64,000 nucleotides of DNA, taken from the sequence record MK774614.2; one strand, 5' to 3'. How positions within the stretch are numbered: position 1 is the first letter of the stretch; every line of letters starts with the position of its first letter. Positions 37,190-48,427 of the stretch are shown here, piece by piece. A program made the position numbers and the translations under genes. Under the pieces are notes generated by a model. It saw nothing but the letters and a program-made list of their open reading frames with translations, was not told where the DNA came from and did not search any database.

Positions 37190-39385
37190 TTATCTATTAA
37201 GACTTCTTGGTGTAAAGATCCTGGCTATATCACCTATCAGTGAATCCCCTACAACAGAACTTATGGTTGCTGGTTTAAACAGGTTCTTAGCGTCTGTACT
37301 AAAACGTGTCAGTCTTCTGTTCAAATCGTTATAACGAAGTACGGTGTCTAAGTAATCCACACCAGCGGTTCGGTTTACCCAGTCGTTATATTTACCAAGA
37401 TCACCTAAATACCGAGATGACTGTTTGGCCATGTTCAACATATCAAGCGGATTGGTTAAACGACTAATGGGCGCTGCCATTACCTGTTCCAGATCAGCTA
37501 CCTCTAAACTGACTCGGCAATTTCGAGGTTTCATGTCTGTAGTCCAACCTAATGGACCTTCACCAAACGTAATAGATGCGTTTCTCACAATTCCTAAACG
37601 AATGATAGACTTACCACGTTGGAAAGCACGGACAATGAATGGAGAACCGTAGGTGGATCCTCCTGTACTAAATGGAACCACATAAGGAAGAATCAAACTC
37701 AATGGTAAAAAGACATTGGTAGCGATTGAGTACGGGTGTCCGTAAGGGGCTTCAAAATAGAAGTTAAAACTTTCGGTGTGAAGGTTAGTGGTTGAATCTG
37801 ACCAGTGTTCTGGAATATCAACCCGAGAATTACCAAGTAATGCTAACGGAACATTACCAATAACCGATCCCGCTGCAACACCCGCTACTGCTTCTTTAAT
37901 AGTTCCCATGAAACTATCGATGATCCCAACACCTGTTACGCCGCCACCAATATTAAACTTAAAATCAGAGACAGCTTGGACTGTGTTGTTAAAGGTACTA
38001 GCAATAGCCGATTGAGTGGTTTGGTTAGAAAACGAATCAGAAACAGAACCTGTTCCTTCTGTTCTAAATGTAACCCCGTCCATACCACCATAGAACTGGT
38101 CCATGAGCAGTTGACCGACTTCGGTTAACCATCCCTCTTCAGAGAGCTCGGCGCCGTCCCCAAATGACTCAGGGACGTTCCCTGTTAAGTCAGGGGTGGT
38201 TGACGTTTGATCCGCACCATTGTTACTTAACCCAAAACTTTCATTATCGTACTCACCGAGCTTCTTGCGAATGTCGTTCATGGGGTCTGCCCCCAATCCC
38301 GTGTTGGTACTAAATGCTGGGTTGTCAGGCTGAACCTTTGCGTAGACTTCCGGGTTGGTGTAAGCTGAAGAAAGTTCTGGAAATGAAATCTCATCTTCCC
38401 CACGTTGCGCACCGACTGTTTTTAGTTCGGCCATGAGGTAGTCTTGTGTTCCTTTGTTTTCAACCCCACCTACTTTGCCGTTCACAAAGTTCCCATCTTT
38501 AATTAAATTATTTAAGATGTTTTCAATGGCTTTGTCTTTTTCTTCAACACTTCGGATCCCCGTTTCTTTATCCAGATCCTTTACTTTCTTCATGAAGTAG
38601 CGATACTTGCGTACTCCACGAAGAGTGACCTTCATGATGTCGATTGTCCCATCTTCATTAATGGCATCTGGAAACATCGAATTCAAATAACTGAAGTTAG
38701 ATTGCGCAGCTTGTGACCTAGTGCTATAACCTTTATGTCCGTTTTCGGCGTTTTGGCTTGCGGAAACACCCAACACATCACCTTGTTTGGGGAGTACCGT
38801 TAAGGTGTAACCAGCGGCAACCATCAGGTCATTAAAGATCCCTTGAGCGGCGGTAAAATACATCCCCATGGCAGGTTTGTGATAATACCATTTATTTTTA
38901 GGTGTTCCTGCCAAGAACTCAAAAAAGTTAAACGACGTGGCAACAATCTGTGCTGGGAAGAACGCGATAGAACTGGCAGCTTGGCTAATATAAAATGCCC
39001 AGCCAGGCGCACGTCCTTTATTTACCATTGTTGCTGATGAGTAATCAAACATATTTAACAAAAACTGCAACATTCCTGTGAACTCTGGAACGCCTGCTGT
39101 TAATGTTACCATTTGTGCATTATCGTGAAAGATTCGTTTGTAATACCGGCCCATGTTTCCCATGCTGTTTTGCATTAGCGGTTTGGGGTAAGGATCGGTA
39201 TTCAGACCGAACCCTGGCAGTGGGTTAACATATTTATTATCCCCAATTGCGGTGGAGAAATAGGACGTATACAAATCGTAATCAGAACGAATCAATGCTT
39301 CTTCGGGATTACTGATCCCGTCACTCATCAGTCGAAATGATCGCGTGATGAGGTTATCATCCTTAAAAGGAAGTTTAATGCTCAT
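37190..39385 (-). CDS. Virion tail/baseplate structural protein (phiKZ gp182-like by synteny)
   Basis: 731-aa ORF from ATG 39385 (GAGG RBS), directly downstream of the giant tail protein. Confidence 0.65.
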   Translation of the reverse strand: MSIKLPFKDDNLITRSFRLMSDGISNPEEALIRSDYDLYTSYFSTAIGDNKYVNPLPGFGLNTDPYPKPLMQNSMGNMGRYYKRIFHDNAQMVTLTAGVPEFTGMLQFLLNMFDYSSATMVNKGRAPGWAFYISQAASSIAFFPAQIVATSFNFFEFLAGTPKNKWYYHKPAMGMYFTAAQGIFNDLMVAAGYTLTVLPKQGDVLGVSASQNAENGHKGYSTRSQAAQSNFSYLNSMFPDAINEDGTIDIMKVTLRGVRKYRYFMKKVKDLDKETGIRSVEEKDKAIENILNNLIKDGNFVNGKVGGVENKGTQDYLMAELKTVGAQRGEDEISFPELSSAYTNPEVYAKVQPDNPAFSTNTGLGADPMNDIRKKLGEYDNESFGLSNNGADQTSTTPDLTGNVPESFGDGAELSEEGWLTEVGQLLMDQFYGGMDGVTFRTEGTGSVSDSFSNQTTQSAIASTFNNTVQAVSDFKFNIGGGVTGVGIIDSFMGTIKEAVAGVAAGSVIGNVPLALLGNSRVDIPEHWSDSTTNLHTESFNFYFEAPYGHPYSIATNVFLPLSLILPYVVPFSTGGSTYGSPFIVRAFQRGKSIIRLGIVRNASITFGEGPLGWTTDMKPRNCRVSLEVADLEQVMAAPISRLTNPLDMLNMAKQSSRYLGDLGKYNDWVNRTAGVDYLDTVLRYNDLNRRLTRFSTDAKNLFKPATISSVVGDSLIGDIARIFTPRSLNR

Positions 39386-39454
39386 TGAAACCTCTGGGGT
39401 TGAAGGCACAACAGAAAACAGGAGAAGGGCTTTGAACCCTTCTCCCATTTATGA

Positions 39455-42400
39455 TTACAGGGTTACCCCTGAATTACCGCGTTGCTGTTGAGAGACAGAC
39501 TTGTTCAAATTATCCAGAGACTGGGTCAAGGCCGCCATGACATTCGCCAATTGTTCGTCTTGAACTTTGAGCGGACCGTCTGGGAGTTTAACTTCAGTAA
39601 CTGGAGCAGGTTTAGCAATACTCGCCGGAGGAGTTAGAGTAGACTTCGATGAACCTGAACTTGCAACGGTTCCAGGTGAACTTGGAGCGCTTGCTGGAGC
39701 AGGTGTCTGAACCACGCTTGGCGCTGCTGCGCTTTGAGTACCAGATTGTTTTGGCGTTGCAGTGGCTGTCGAGACATTACGAGTAGTATCTCCTGCATTT
39801 AACTGTTCATCCAATCGATCTTTACTCTTAGCGTTAGCGCCACCCAGGGTTCCACCATTGGCAGTCGTATCAGCAGCCGAAGCTGTTTCTTGTTCCAAAT
39901 CCCCTTGTGTCTCCACGGTCATTGGAACAGAGAGTTCTCCGTTGTTTAACTTTTGGAGATACTCCTGATAATACTTGCGTCGTTCATCGGTACCTGGGAC
40001 TGCGTTACCACCGTTGATCCCTCTGACTGCTGTTTCGAAGTTTCCTGTTTTGCCAATGTCCATCATGGCTTTGCTGTTCTTTAAGAACCGCACTGCGGAC
40101 TCTGCCATCACTTGTGGGTCTTCTGAAACCAATCTTGGATTATCAACAACAGGCGCACCTGTTTCCTCTTGAAACTTCTTGTAGTTTGCTTTGCCTGTTA
40201 ACTGGAACAGTCCACGTCCTCTATACAACCAACCGTCTTCTGGTTTTTCATTACCGAGTGTGGGACCTTTTGGTGCACGTCCATAAACATACATGGCGCG
40301 TTGCATAGGACTAAGGCCAGCAACCTTTTGGGCGGTGGCGGCATCAGGAATGTTTCTAAACAACTTCTGAAGTGTCTGTGCACTCCAGTTAGTGTTTTCA
40401 ACTGTCGAGGAGTAGTTCCCCGTTTCCTTTTTCGCCATGGCCAATCCAAGAGCGATCTGTTTCTTGTCAGTGATCCCATGTTTGAGCATGGTATTTAACA
40501 TTAACCGTTCACCCTCTTCTGGATTAAACCTAATCCCTCGGTCATCCCCAGCTTGTTTTTCAAACTCTGGGTTAAAGCCCTCAGCAAAGTTTCCATCATA
40601 ACGCCCGCCTTGAGCGGCATCATTAGCGATGTTAGCCCAACCTGATCCACCCGACACACTTGGACGCCCATTAACGCCATATGCCATTCCAGAACCACCA
40701 CCATTGATTCCCACGTTTCCGCTGGCCATTTGGCGGTTTTTCCCGTAAACCTGATCAAATACTCGGTTGGTATTATTACGAACAGTATCACGGTCTGGTT
40801 TTGTATTCGCTGCGCGTTCCTGAGCGGTCTTGGATTTCTCCTCTTCGAGTTCAGGTTCTTTGAGTCTTGCTTGAGTTGCCTTGATGTCCAACATCTTCAA
40901 GAACTTTTCAGCCCGAGTATTTGCAGACCCAGAAACAGAGTTCGGGAACGGACCTACAGTCACTTCCCAAATCCCCACCTCTTTATCTTGGTAGAAAACA
41001 CGAATCTCAGCTAACTCTCTTGCAATTACCACTTTATTCGTTGCAGAAAGTTGTTGCCATACTCGTTGTGGTTTTCCGCTCCGATACAGTTGACACCGTT
41101 TGATGTACGTTGACAATACCGGGAGGAAACGGTTTTCATACCAATCTAACCAGCGAGATTCACTGAGTGGATCTTCAATACGGAACATTGGTTTAAAGAG
41201 TTGCAATACCTTTGCCGGAACACCAATAAACTTAATCTCTTCACCAATTACATTAAAGAGGTTTTCAGTATAGCGTTCAAGTTTCAATACTGCATCAACA
41301 CGCCATGGCATGTTGTCCACATTACCATAGACCGCTAATCTGGCCCAGGTGAAAGGATCCATGTCGCTAGAACCTGCCGCATGTAAATCAGAGATATCAA
41401 TCTCTTGGACTTCAGCAGGACTCTTAAACCGTTCATCCATCTTGCGCTGCTGATCAGCAGCTGCAGTGCGACCAAAGAAATCTTGGGCTGCACCTATAAT
41501 GGGATTACTGGAGCGTTCCTCTACCTCCAAGTTCTTTTTACGGATTTCATCAGCGGTAGCGAGTTTGAGATTTTGCTTTTCTTCAGGGAATTGTTTTTGC
41601 AATTCAACCATCAGATCTTGAACACGCTCATTGGTCGCGTACTCATGCATAATCCCCACTTCTGGATCAATCTGAACAGCGATTTTAAGTGGATACGGTT
41701 CAACAGTGGTAATGGATGTTTTCAACCGTTCAACGGTCGCTCTGACATCAGGAGAGGTGCTTAGATCAAACTCATTGATATCGCCCAATCGAGCAACAGA
41801 GATCCCCACGTTATAAATTAAGAAGATCGGCTTAAAGCGAGCCATAAACCAGGTTTTGGCTTGATCAAAAGGAATGTTTCCACCCCCAGCTGCAAATTGT
41901 TTCACAATCTTATCAATCGGAACATCATCTCGCAACCCACCCCGGTTAGCAATGATGGTGACATACGGCGTCAGGTTTTGTTCCAATTGATCGATTCGAA
42001 GGGCTAAGTTATTGTCCACATGACGAAGGCCGTACTGTGCGTAACGAATGCGTTTTTGGATGGTGAACGTCTTTGCAACATCGCGAGTTAGGGAAGAGGG
42101 AGCAATCACACCGTCACGTTGGTCCTCATAAGCGTCTCGTTCAGCCTTTGATAAAAAGAGCTTCCCGTCATCACTGAAGATTTTCCCGTCACGTTGTTTA
42201 TCAACATCCATCCCCATGAACCCAAGGATCCCTTTAGCTGCCCAGTTCTGGGGAACAAAGTCAGCCAGTTGATCCATGAAACCACTTGAACCATTTTGCT
42301 TATCCCGGGCAGCGCGTGCTTCTTGCCGAGCTAAATAGTCCAGTTCAGATTTAGTACGGGGTTGTTCGTAAATGGGTTCTACCGGGTTTCCAAACTCATC

Positions 42401-45400
42401 TACATTAGGAACTTCCGGATCTTCTCCAAATAGATTTGTTCCAGCGTAAAGCGACCCACCAGCAATAGCTGCGGCACCTGCCGCTTTTGCCCACCCAGGC
42501 ATCCTCATTAACCCACGACCAATCCCTGCTAATGTCCCACCACGGCGACCCGCTCCCCCTAAGAGGGAACCAAGTCCACCCAAGGCACCGCCACCAAGCA
42601 TCTTTCCAAGCCCTGTGAACCCCCACTTAAGCAATTTATAAATAGGAGACGCAACACCCATGACCCCAGAGAAGAGCAAGGAACCGATCTTACCCAACCG
42701 GCTTGCAGAAGCCCCTAACGAACCTAAGATAGCCCCGCCGATGGTACCGATAGGATTACGAATTAAATTCATCCCAAAGGTGCCCAGTCCACCCATCATC
42801 TCTAAGAGACGTCCAAAGAGTCCTTTCTTTTCAGTCGGTTTATCTTCTTTCGTTCCTCCAGACAACGAGCTGGCAATATCCTGAATGGCTTCGTTGGTTT
42901 TTTCTTGGGACGCTTCTTTGGCTTTCTTCTCTTTATCGGCTAACGAGTTCAACCGCTCCTCAGTAGAACCTCCAAGAATATCACCGAGTTCAGCATCGTC
43001 CACACCAATACCAAATTGCTTTGATAAAAGCGCATAGATGCGATCCAGACGACGTTCTACACCAGACCCTGATACTCGCCCACCTTTCCCACCGGATTGC
43101 TCTGACGCTCTCTGAAAGCCAAAACGACCCATGAGATTATCAAAGCCAGTGCGAGCAAGTCCTAAACCAGATCCAACAACATTACTGGTAAAGGCACCAA
43201 CACCCCTAACTGCTTGCCCAGTTGCTGTAACAAGTCCGGCTGCGTATTCTTCTTCAGAAATTAACTGGTTAGCGTCAGAGTCATAAACGGCACCTTTGAT
43301 TTCGTTCCACCCAGCGATTGGGTGATAATTCCCGTTATCATCAATGAAATATTCACGAGACTTAAATCCAGCTGCTCTGAGTCTGGGATTCTTTTCACCT
43401 TTGACATAAACATCTTGCTGATAGATCAACTCCTTGCCCATTTGAGCGATCGCTTTAATCCGCCCAATGGGATCGACAAACTGGTATCCAGAGATAATGG
43501 CGTTTTTGGCTGTTTCAATTCCGGAAAGAACAACCGCCCTTCCATCTGGTCCAAAGATCTTAGCACCCAACTCTTTGATCCCAATGACAACCTTTTCAGC
43601 GGTATCAAAAATAGGACCACGAATATCTTGCCACGTTTTAATGACACGTTTGGTAATTGCGTCAATATAAATCCCAGCATTGAGCTTGGCAGACGAAAGG
43701 AGTGTCTCCCCTTTATCATCAAGGATGTCTTCCGTATCAGCTGGTTTATCCCCAGCAGCTTTCTGATCTTCTTTACCCCAGCGTTGAACAACTCCACCCA
43801 GTAATGCGCCACCTGCAATCATGGAACCTGCCAATAGGGGATTTTGAACAAAACTCGCCCCCACTGTTCCAAGCAGTGACCCAAACACGATGGGGGAGTT
43901 CGCCATCAACATGTCCATTCCCCGCCCAAAGATATTAGAGGGGAAAAGATCTTTGACTTTGTCCATGAAGTTGCGTTTAGTTTGCGCTTCTTGCCGTTCT
44001 TCGCTACTGGTTTGTTTACGACTAAAGAGTTTTCCATCCCTGACGGTTTGCATAAACTCTTCCATCATGGTTTCTATCTTCCCGGTGTGAGAAGAGATCG
44101 ACCCCAGATGGTCAGTAACAGTAGACCCAAACTTATCACTGATAGAACCCTGCTCGGGAGAACCTTGAAGCGGTTTGTCAAACTGCGCTAGTACGTCAGT
44201 GAGTTTGGACACATTACTATTGAGTTCTCCAAACACGCCGCCCAGTTCATTATTGCCAGACCCGCCAGAACTTGACTGTTTCGGGATGGTAAATCCAGGC
44301 TTTGTTGCACTTGGACCACTGGACTTCCCGGACATTCCGCGCAAGGTCGGGTCATTGGGATTATCCATGAACTGTCCGATGCGGCTATGGAAGATCTCCA
44401 TGTTGACTTTGTCAATGCCGTTTTCAGTGTAAATCACACCTAAGTCACGCAGCATCTGTTCATTGCCAGTGGAACGCAGTAAGTCAATGCGCTCTGCCAC
44501 GTTCGGGAAAATTTCTTTTAAGTTCTGGGCGGCTGCACCTGCTTTATTTAAACGCTCTTGGGCTTTGTCGTTTTTCATGGTAGACATGAAATTCACCCGC
44601 TCTAATCCACTGGTGGATTTAAACAGATCGACATCTCCTGCATCTAAATCAAAGTGACGTTTAACAACCGCATGGATTTCCTTTTGAACAGAACTAGACA
44701 CACCCGGAATATCACCAAGATAATAGAAGGGATTAAATCCTTTCTCCTTATCCACATCCCGCGCTATTTGCTGAGCAAACGCTTTACGAGCACTACTAGA
44801 AAGTTGTTTGCCGGGATCGATGGAATCAACAAACTCCAGGGCCGCAGAGGAGTAGCGAGAGAACTCGGAATACGGCATCAAGTCAGCTGCAACAGAACTC
44901 TTACGATCTCCGGCGTCCATGAACTGACCGCGCATGTGAGAGTAAGAGATCATCTCTTTCATCTCACCGGTGCGTAACCCTTCCACGCTTTGATGAATTC
45001 GACCCAGTAATCCAGGGAGGACTTCATTCAGCGTAATGTTGTTCATCTCCTTCCAGATACCTGGCTGGTTCAGATCCTTTACATTACGCCGAGCTAGTGT
45101 GTATTGCGTTCCCCGTGCCTTTGTCATTTCTGACATCATGGAGTTGATCGCTGCTTTACCGCGGTTACTGGCAGCGTTTTGGATTTCCCAACGTGCGCGC
45201 CCCATGGGCTTTTGGCCTGCTGGAAGACTGTCTACGTAATCTTGGTAATCAAGAAAAGGCATCTCATCTAAGTTTTGCCAATCTTCGGCCATATAGTTAA
45301 TGAGTCCTGTGGCGTTGTTTGCCATGTAGGAACCTTTATGACCGACCTTGGACAGCTTAGCGTATTGCTCTTGAAATTGCTTGGCACGTTCTGGATTTTT

Positions 45401-46519
45401 CGCAGCCAGTTTATTAATCCAATCCCGCCCCTTACCGCGTTCAAAGAAATAGGGTGCGTTGTTGATCAGGGATTCAGCTAGGCGCTTACCGACCATGCTC
45501 CCAACCATGCCTTTGGACATGGGCATGTCAGAAGACATCTCAAGGATTTCAGCAAAACCCCCCAAGATGTTATTCATGTCGCTATAAACTTCGTTACGGG
45601 CATTTTTCCCGAACTTATCTCGCATCAATCCTGAAAGACCCCCGACACGATTTCCAACCGTATTAAAGAGTCGATTACGCATGTACGCTTTAGACGCAGT
45701 AAAGTTAGAGGTTTTCTCGTAATCAGATTTCCCCGAGTTAAGCACAATCTTCTTTAACTCAGCAATTTCAGTATGGAGTCCCTTCTCCATGAATTTGTAA
45801 TATTTAATATCAGCGGTGTAGCTTTTGGCCATCAGGTTAATTTTAGCCTGATCCATTTTATATTGTACATTGCGCTGATAGTCCAGCAATTGACGAACAC
45901 CACTGTCGATGCTAATCAATTGTTTATTCCCAGACATGATTGCGCCATTGAGCATCCCGCCCACGTGTGCTGACATCTGGTTTAAGCTCTCACCTAGCGA
46001 GGCGAACATTCCTTCTTGCCGATTCATGGACTCTTCGATGGAACGACTGACGTCATATTCGTCTGGAGTTTCCATTGTAGGGACACCACTACCGGAACTG
46101 TAATCATACTTTTCCCAGCTGGAGAAATCCTTTTGAGAGAAGTTTTCCATTCCACTTGCCAGTCGTCCAAAGCCTTTACTAGCCGCCTTTTGTGAGAGCT
46201 GACCGGCAATGCTTTGTAACGATTTTGTGGACTCGTAGTTCTGTTCTTTAAAGTCTGTGGTCAGTTCATTTAATCGAGAACTCGCCCAACTGACGCGGTC
46301 GAGTGCATTACTAAATGACGGGGGAAGAATCGTACGCAGCGTACGCATCCGTGCTTCACCAGACCCCACAGTTTCATCCACCACACCTGACAGGAACCCG
46401 GATGTGACACCGCCGACAAACCCACGCTTGGCATACGGATCCATATCAAAATCCATGTCCAGGTCAAATTCCCCACCAAAGGGGTCATCCCAGTCCATGT
46501 TAAAATCATCTTTAGCCAT
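39455..46519 (-). CDS. Giant tail (tape-measure-like) protein with C-terminal GH19 lysozyme domain
   Basis: 2354 aa; Gly-rich TM-like region; AKKETG, YRGRGLFQLTGKANY, INGG; divergent from the vRNAP beta-prime gene like phiKZ gp181. Confidence 0.85.
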   Translation of the reverse strand: MAKDDFNMDWDDPFGGEFDLDMDFDMDPYAKRGFVGGVTSGFLSGVVDETVGSGEARMRTLRTILPPSFSNALDRVSWASSRLNELTTDFKEQNYESTKSLQSIAGQLSQKAASKGFGRLASGMENFSQKDFSSWEKYDYSSGSGVPTMETPDEYDVSRSIEESMNRQEGMFASLGESLNQMSAHVGGMLNGAIMSGNKQLISIDSGVRQLLDYQRNVQYKMDQAKINLMAKSYTADIKYYKFMEKGLHTEIAELKKIVLNSGKSDYEKTSNFTASKAYMRNRLFNTVGNRVGGLSGLMRDKFGKNARNEVYSDMNNILGGFAEILEMSSDMPMSKGMVGSMVGKRLAESLINNAPYFFERGKGRDWINKLAAKNPERAKQFQEQYAKLSKVGHKGSYMANNATGLINYMAEDWQNLDEMPFLDYQDYVDSLPAGQKPMGRARWEIQNAASNRGKAAINSMMSEMTKARGTQYTLARRNVKDLNQPGIWKEMNNITLNEVLPGLLGRIHQSVEGLRTGEMKEMISYSHMRGQFMDAGDRKSSVAADLMPYSEFSRYSSAALEFVDSIDPGKQLSSSARKAFAQQIARDVDKEKGFNPFYYLGDIPGVSSSVQKEIHAVVKRHFDLDAGDVDLFKSTSGLERVNFMSTMKNDKAQERLNKAGAAAQNLKEIFPNVAERIDLLRSTGNEQMLRDLGVIYTENGIDKVNMEIFHSRIGQFMDNPNDPTLRGMSGKSSGPSATKPGFTIPKQSSSGGSGNNELGGVFGELNSNVSKLTDVLAQFDKPLQGSPEQGSISDKFGSTVTDHLGSISSHTGKIETMMEEFMQTVRDGKLFSRKQTSSEERQEAQTKRNFMDKVKDLFPSNIFGRGMDMLMANSPIVFGSLLGTVGASFVQNPLLAGSMIAGGALLGGVVQRWGKEDQKAAGDKPADTEDILDDKGETLLSSAKLNAGIYIDAITKRVIKTWQDIRGPIFDTAEKVVIGIKELGAKIFGPDGRAVVLSGIETAKNAIISGYQFVDPIGRIKAIAQMGKELIYQQDVYVKGEKNPRLRAAGFKSREYFIDDNGNYHPIAGWNEIKGAVYDSDANQLISEEEYAAGLVTATGQAVRGVGAFTSNVVGSGLGLARTGFDNLMGRFGFQRASEQSGGKGGRVSGSGVERRLDRIYALLSKQFGIGVDDAELGDILGGSTEERLNSLADKEKKAKEASQEKTNEAIQDIASSLSGGTKEDKPTEKKGLFGRLLEMMGGLGTFGMNLIRNPIGTIGGAILGSLGASASRLGKIGSLLFSGVMGVASPIYKLLKWGFTGLGKMLGGGALGGLGSLLGGAGRRGGTLAGIGRGLMRMPGWAKAAGAAAIAGGSLYAGTNLFGEDPEVPNVDEFGNPVEPIYEQPRTKSELDYLARQEARAARDKQNGSSGFMDQLADFVPQNWAAKGILGFMGMDVDKQRDGKIFSDDGKLFLSKAERDAYEDQRDGVIAPSSLTRDVAKTFTIQKRIRYAQYGLRHVDNNLALRIDQLEQNLTPYVTIIANRGGLRDDVPIDKIVKQFAAGGGNIPFDQAKTWFMARFKPIFLIYNVGISVARLGDINEFDLSTSPDVRATVERLKTSITTVEPYPLKIAVQIDPEVGIMHEYATNERVQDLMVELQKQFPEEKQNLKLATADEIRKKNLEVEERSSNPIIGAAQDFFGRTAAADQQRKMDERFKSPAEVQEIDISDLHAAGSSDMDPFTWARLAVYGNVDNMPWRVDAVLKLERYTENLFNVIGEEIKFIGVPAKVLQLFKPMFRIEDPLSESRWLDWYENRFLPVLSTYIKRCQLYRSGKPQRVWQQLSATNKVVIARELAEIRVFYQDKEVGIWEVTVGPFPNSVSGSANTRAEKFLKMLDIKATQARLKEPELEEEKSKTAQERAANTKPDRDTVRNNTNRVFDQVYGKNRQMASGNVGINGGGSGMAYGVNGRPSVSGGSGWANIANDAAQGGRYDGNFAEGFNPEFEKQAGDDRGIRFNPEEGERLMLNTMLKHGITDKKQIALGLAMAKKETGNYSSTVENTNWSAQTLQKLFRNIPDAATAQKVAGLSPMQRAMYVYGRAPKGPTLGNEKPEDGWLYRGRGLFQLTGKANYKKFQEETGAPVVDNPRLVSEDPQVMAESAVRFLKNSKAMMDIGKTGNFETAVRGINGGNAVPGTDERRKYYQEYLQKLNNGELSVPMTVETQGDLEQETASAADTTANGGTLGGANAKSKDRLDEQLNAGDTTRNVSTATATPKQSGTQSAAAPSVVQTPAPASAPSSPGTVASSGSSKSTLTPPASIAKPAPVTEVKLPDGPLKVQDEQLANVMAALTQSLDNLNKSVSQQQRGNSGVTL

Positions 46520-46547
46520 GTTATCCTCTCTTTAGGAATATCAAGCG

Positions 46548-48427
46548 ATGAGTAGCCGTAAACCAACTAACTTCACCTTGCTTGACCCAAATACATTTCC
46601 CTACCGGACGATGATCCCGGTAACGAGCGGGGATGCGTTCGAAGGTCAAACAACCAACCTCCATGAGGAAGGCCTCTATTCTACTAAGATCTTTGGTCGA
46701 GTAGGGACAGAAGAACGTGACAATACTGAATCTTACATTGACACCGTCCTTCCTATTTTTAACCCCACTTATTTTAAAGCCCTTGTTTCATTAAAAAGCA
46801 TGTATGCTGAAATTATCAAGGGCAAAGTTTATGCGGTATGGGACCCAACTGAACGGGATTTCATAAAATCCAATGTACTCGAAGGTGACACGGGATTCGC
46901 GTTCTTTATGTCTCATTTTGGGGAATTGGATCCCAAAGAAAATGAGTCCTTTAAACGCAGTCAGAAAATCTCGGTGGTAAAGAAGTTCTTTGACCGAGCA
47001 CTTCATACTCGTATTCCCGTTTACCCCGCAGGTCTTCGTGACATTGAGATCGGTCCAACTGGTCTAGTAACTGAATCTGAAGTGAACGATTTGTATCGTA
47101 AGCTTTTTTACCGCACTCGCTCACTGAACATCAAGCACCCCGATCCCAGTGATCCTGTTTATGACAATATCCGCTGGGGTGAACAAGAAGCGCTGAATAA
47201 CATTGCTGACTACTTCTTTGGTATCCAAGAAGGCAAGCGCGGCATGATGCAGCGTAAAGTCGCCAGACGTTCTATCCACTCTGCAACACGAAACGTCATT
47301 GTCTCGCGTAAAGTTTCTGTGGAGAACATGGATGATAACGTGACGGGTGATCCTAACTCGACCATCATTGGTTTATACCAAGCGTTGTTGGGTTTTTCAT
47401 TAATTGCCCAACATGAGTTACTAAACGGGTACTTATCAGAAGTCTTTACACAAGGGATTACCTCAGCGAGGTTGGTCGATCCTAAGACATTGGAAAGTGT
47501 CTATGTAGAAGTCGATGCCTATACCGTAGACAAATACACGTCAGCCGATGGTATAGTTTCCCTGTGCAATGGGTTCAGTAACCCTAACTTGAGAAACAAA
47601 GAAATTCGAATTGCTGGCCATTACCTGGGATTGGTGTATGATGACGGTGAGAAAGTAGCACTGGTTCATGATATCAATGACCTTGGGGATAACCTGAATA
47701 AAAAGTTTGTAAAGCCGGTCACGTACATGCAGTTCTTTTATATGCAAACAGCACGGGCCATTGAGAAGAAGATGCTCCAAGTAACTCGTTATCCGATTAC
47801 CGGCATCGGGTCGATCTTTCCTTCTCGGGTATTCATTCGTCCAACTAACGCCACCTCCAGTCATCGGATTTTGGTGGACTTGGATGGGAGTGAAATTGGA
47901 CAGTTCCATTTCTTCCCGGAGTACTCAAAAGAGGTCAGTTACTTTGATGGCATGTCCATTGCCAACATTAGACTGGGATTAGCTGGTGGTGATTTTGACG
48001 GTAAAAACGGTTGCCGCTTTAGGCAGTAATGTCTATTGAAACTGTGCGGAATAAAGCAAGGAGTCTCTCCATTTAGAGATAACTTGAACCGAAGGCTAAG
48101 AGTAATATCTTGGTCAGGGGCAGAGCGTAGATGGTGATCCCTTTCATTAAAGGACTATAATCCATCCAAGAGGCCGCACCATCCTACTGGGATGAAAACG
48201 TACGCCGATACCCGGAGTGATCTGGGCGTGAAGATAAAAAACTTCACTTTAACACATTGGACCAACTATCAGCAAACAGCATCATGGCAGATGACTCTAT
48301 CTATGAGATCTCTGAACTCTTTGGTAAACGAATCTTTTATATTTCAGGTGCAGGTGATTTTCTTTATGATCCTGTTCAAGAGCCTCACGAATTCCTTCTG
48401 CGTTCACTCACAAACGGATTATCATAA
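46548..48427 (+). CDS. Virion RNA polymerase beta-prime subunit (phiKZ gp180-like); exons 46548-48002 and 48260-48427
   Basis: Splicing restores GGDFDG/DQLS (catalytic DFDGD) and gives 540 aa ending at TAA 48425-48427; also EGLYSTKIFG, QVTRYPI. Confidence 0.9.
48003..48259 (+). mobile_element. Group I intron (ORF-less, 257 nt) in vRNAP beta-prime
   Basis: Exon-terminal U, terminal G; P1 CGGU/GCCG; P10 GGUU/GACC; P3 GUGCGG/CCGCAC; P7 GAGCGUA/UACGCC; P8 CAUCC/GGAUG. Confidence 0.88.
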
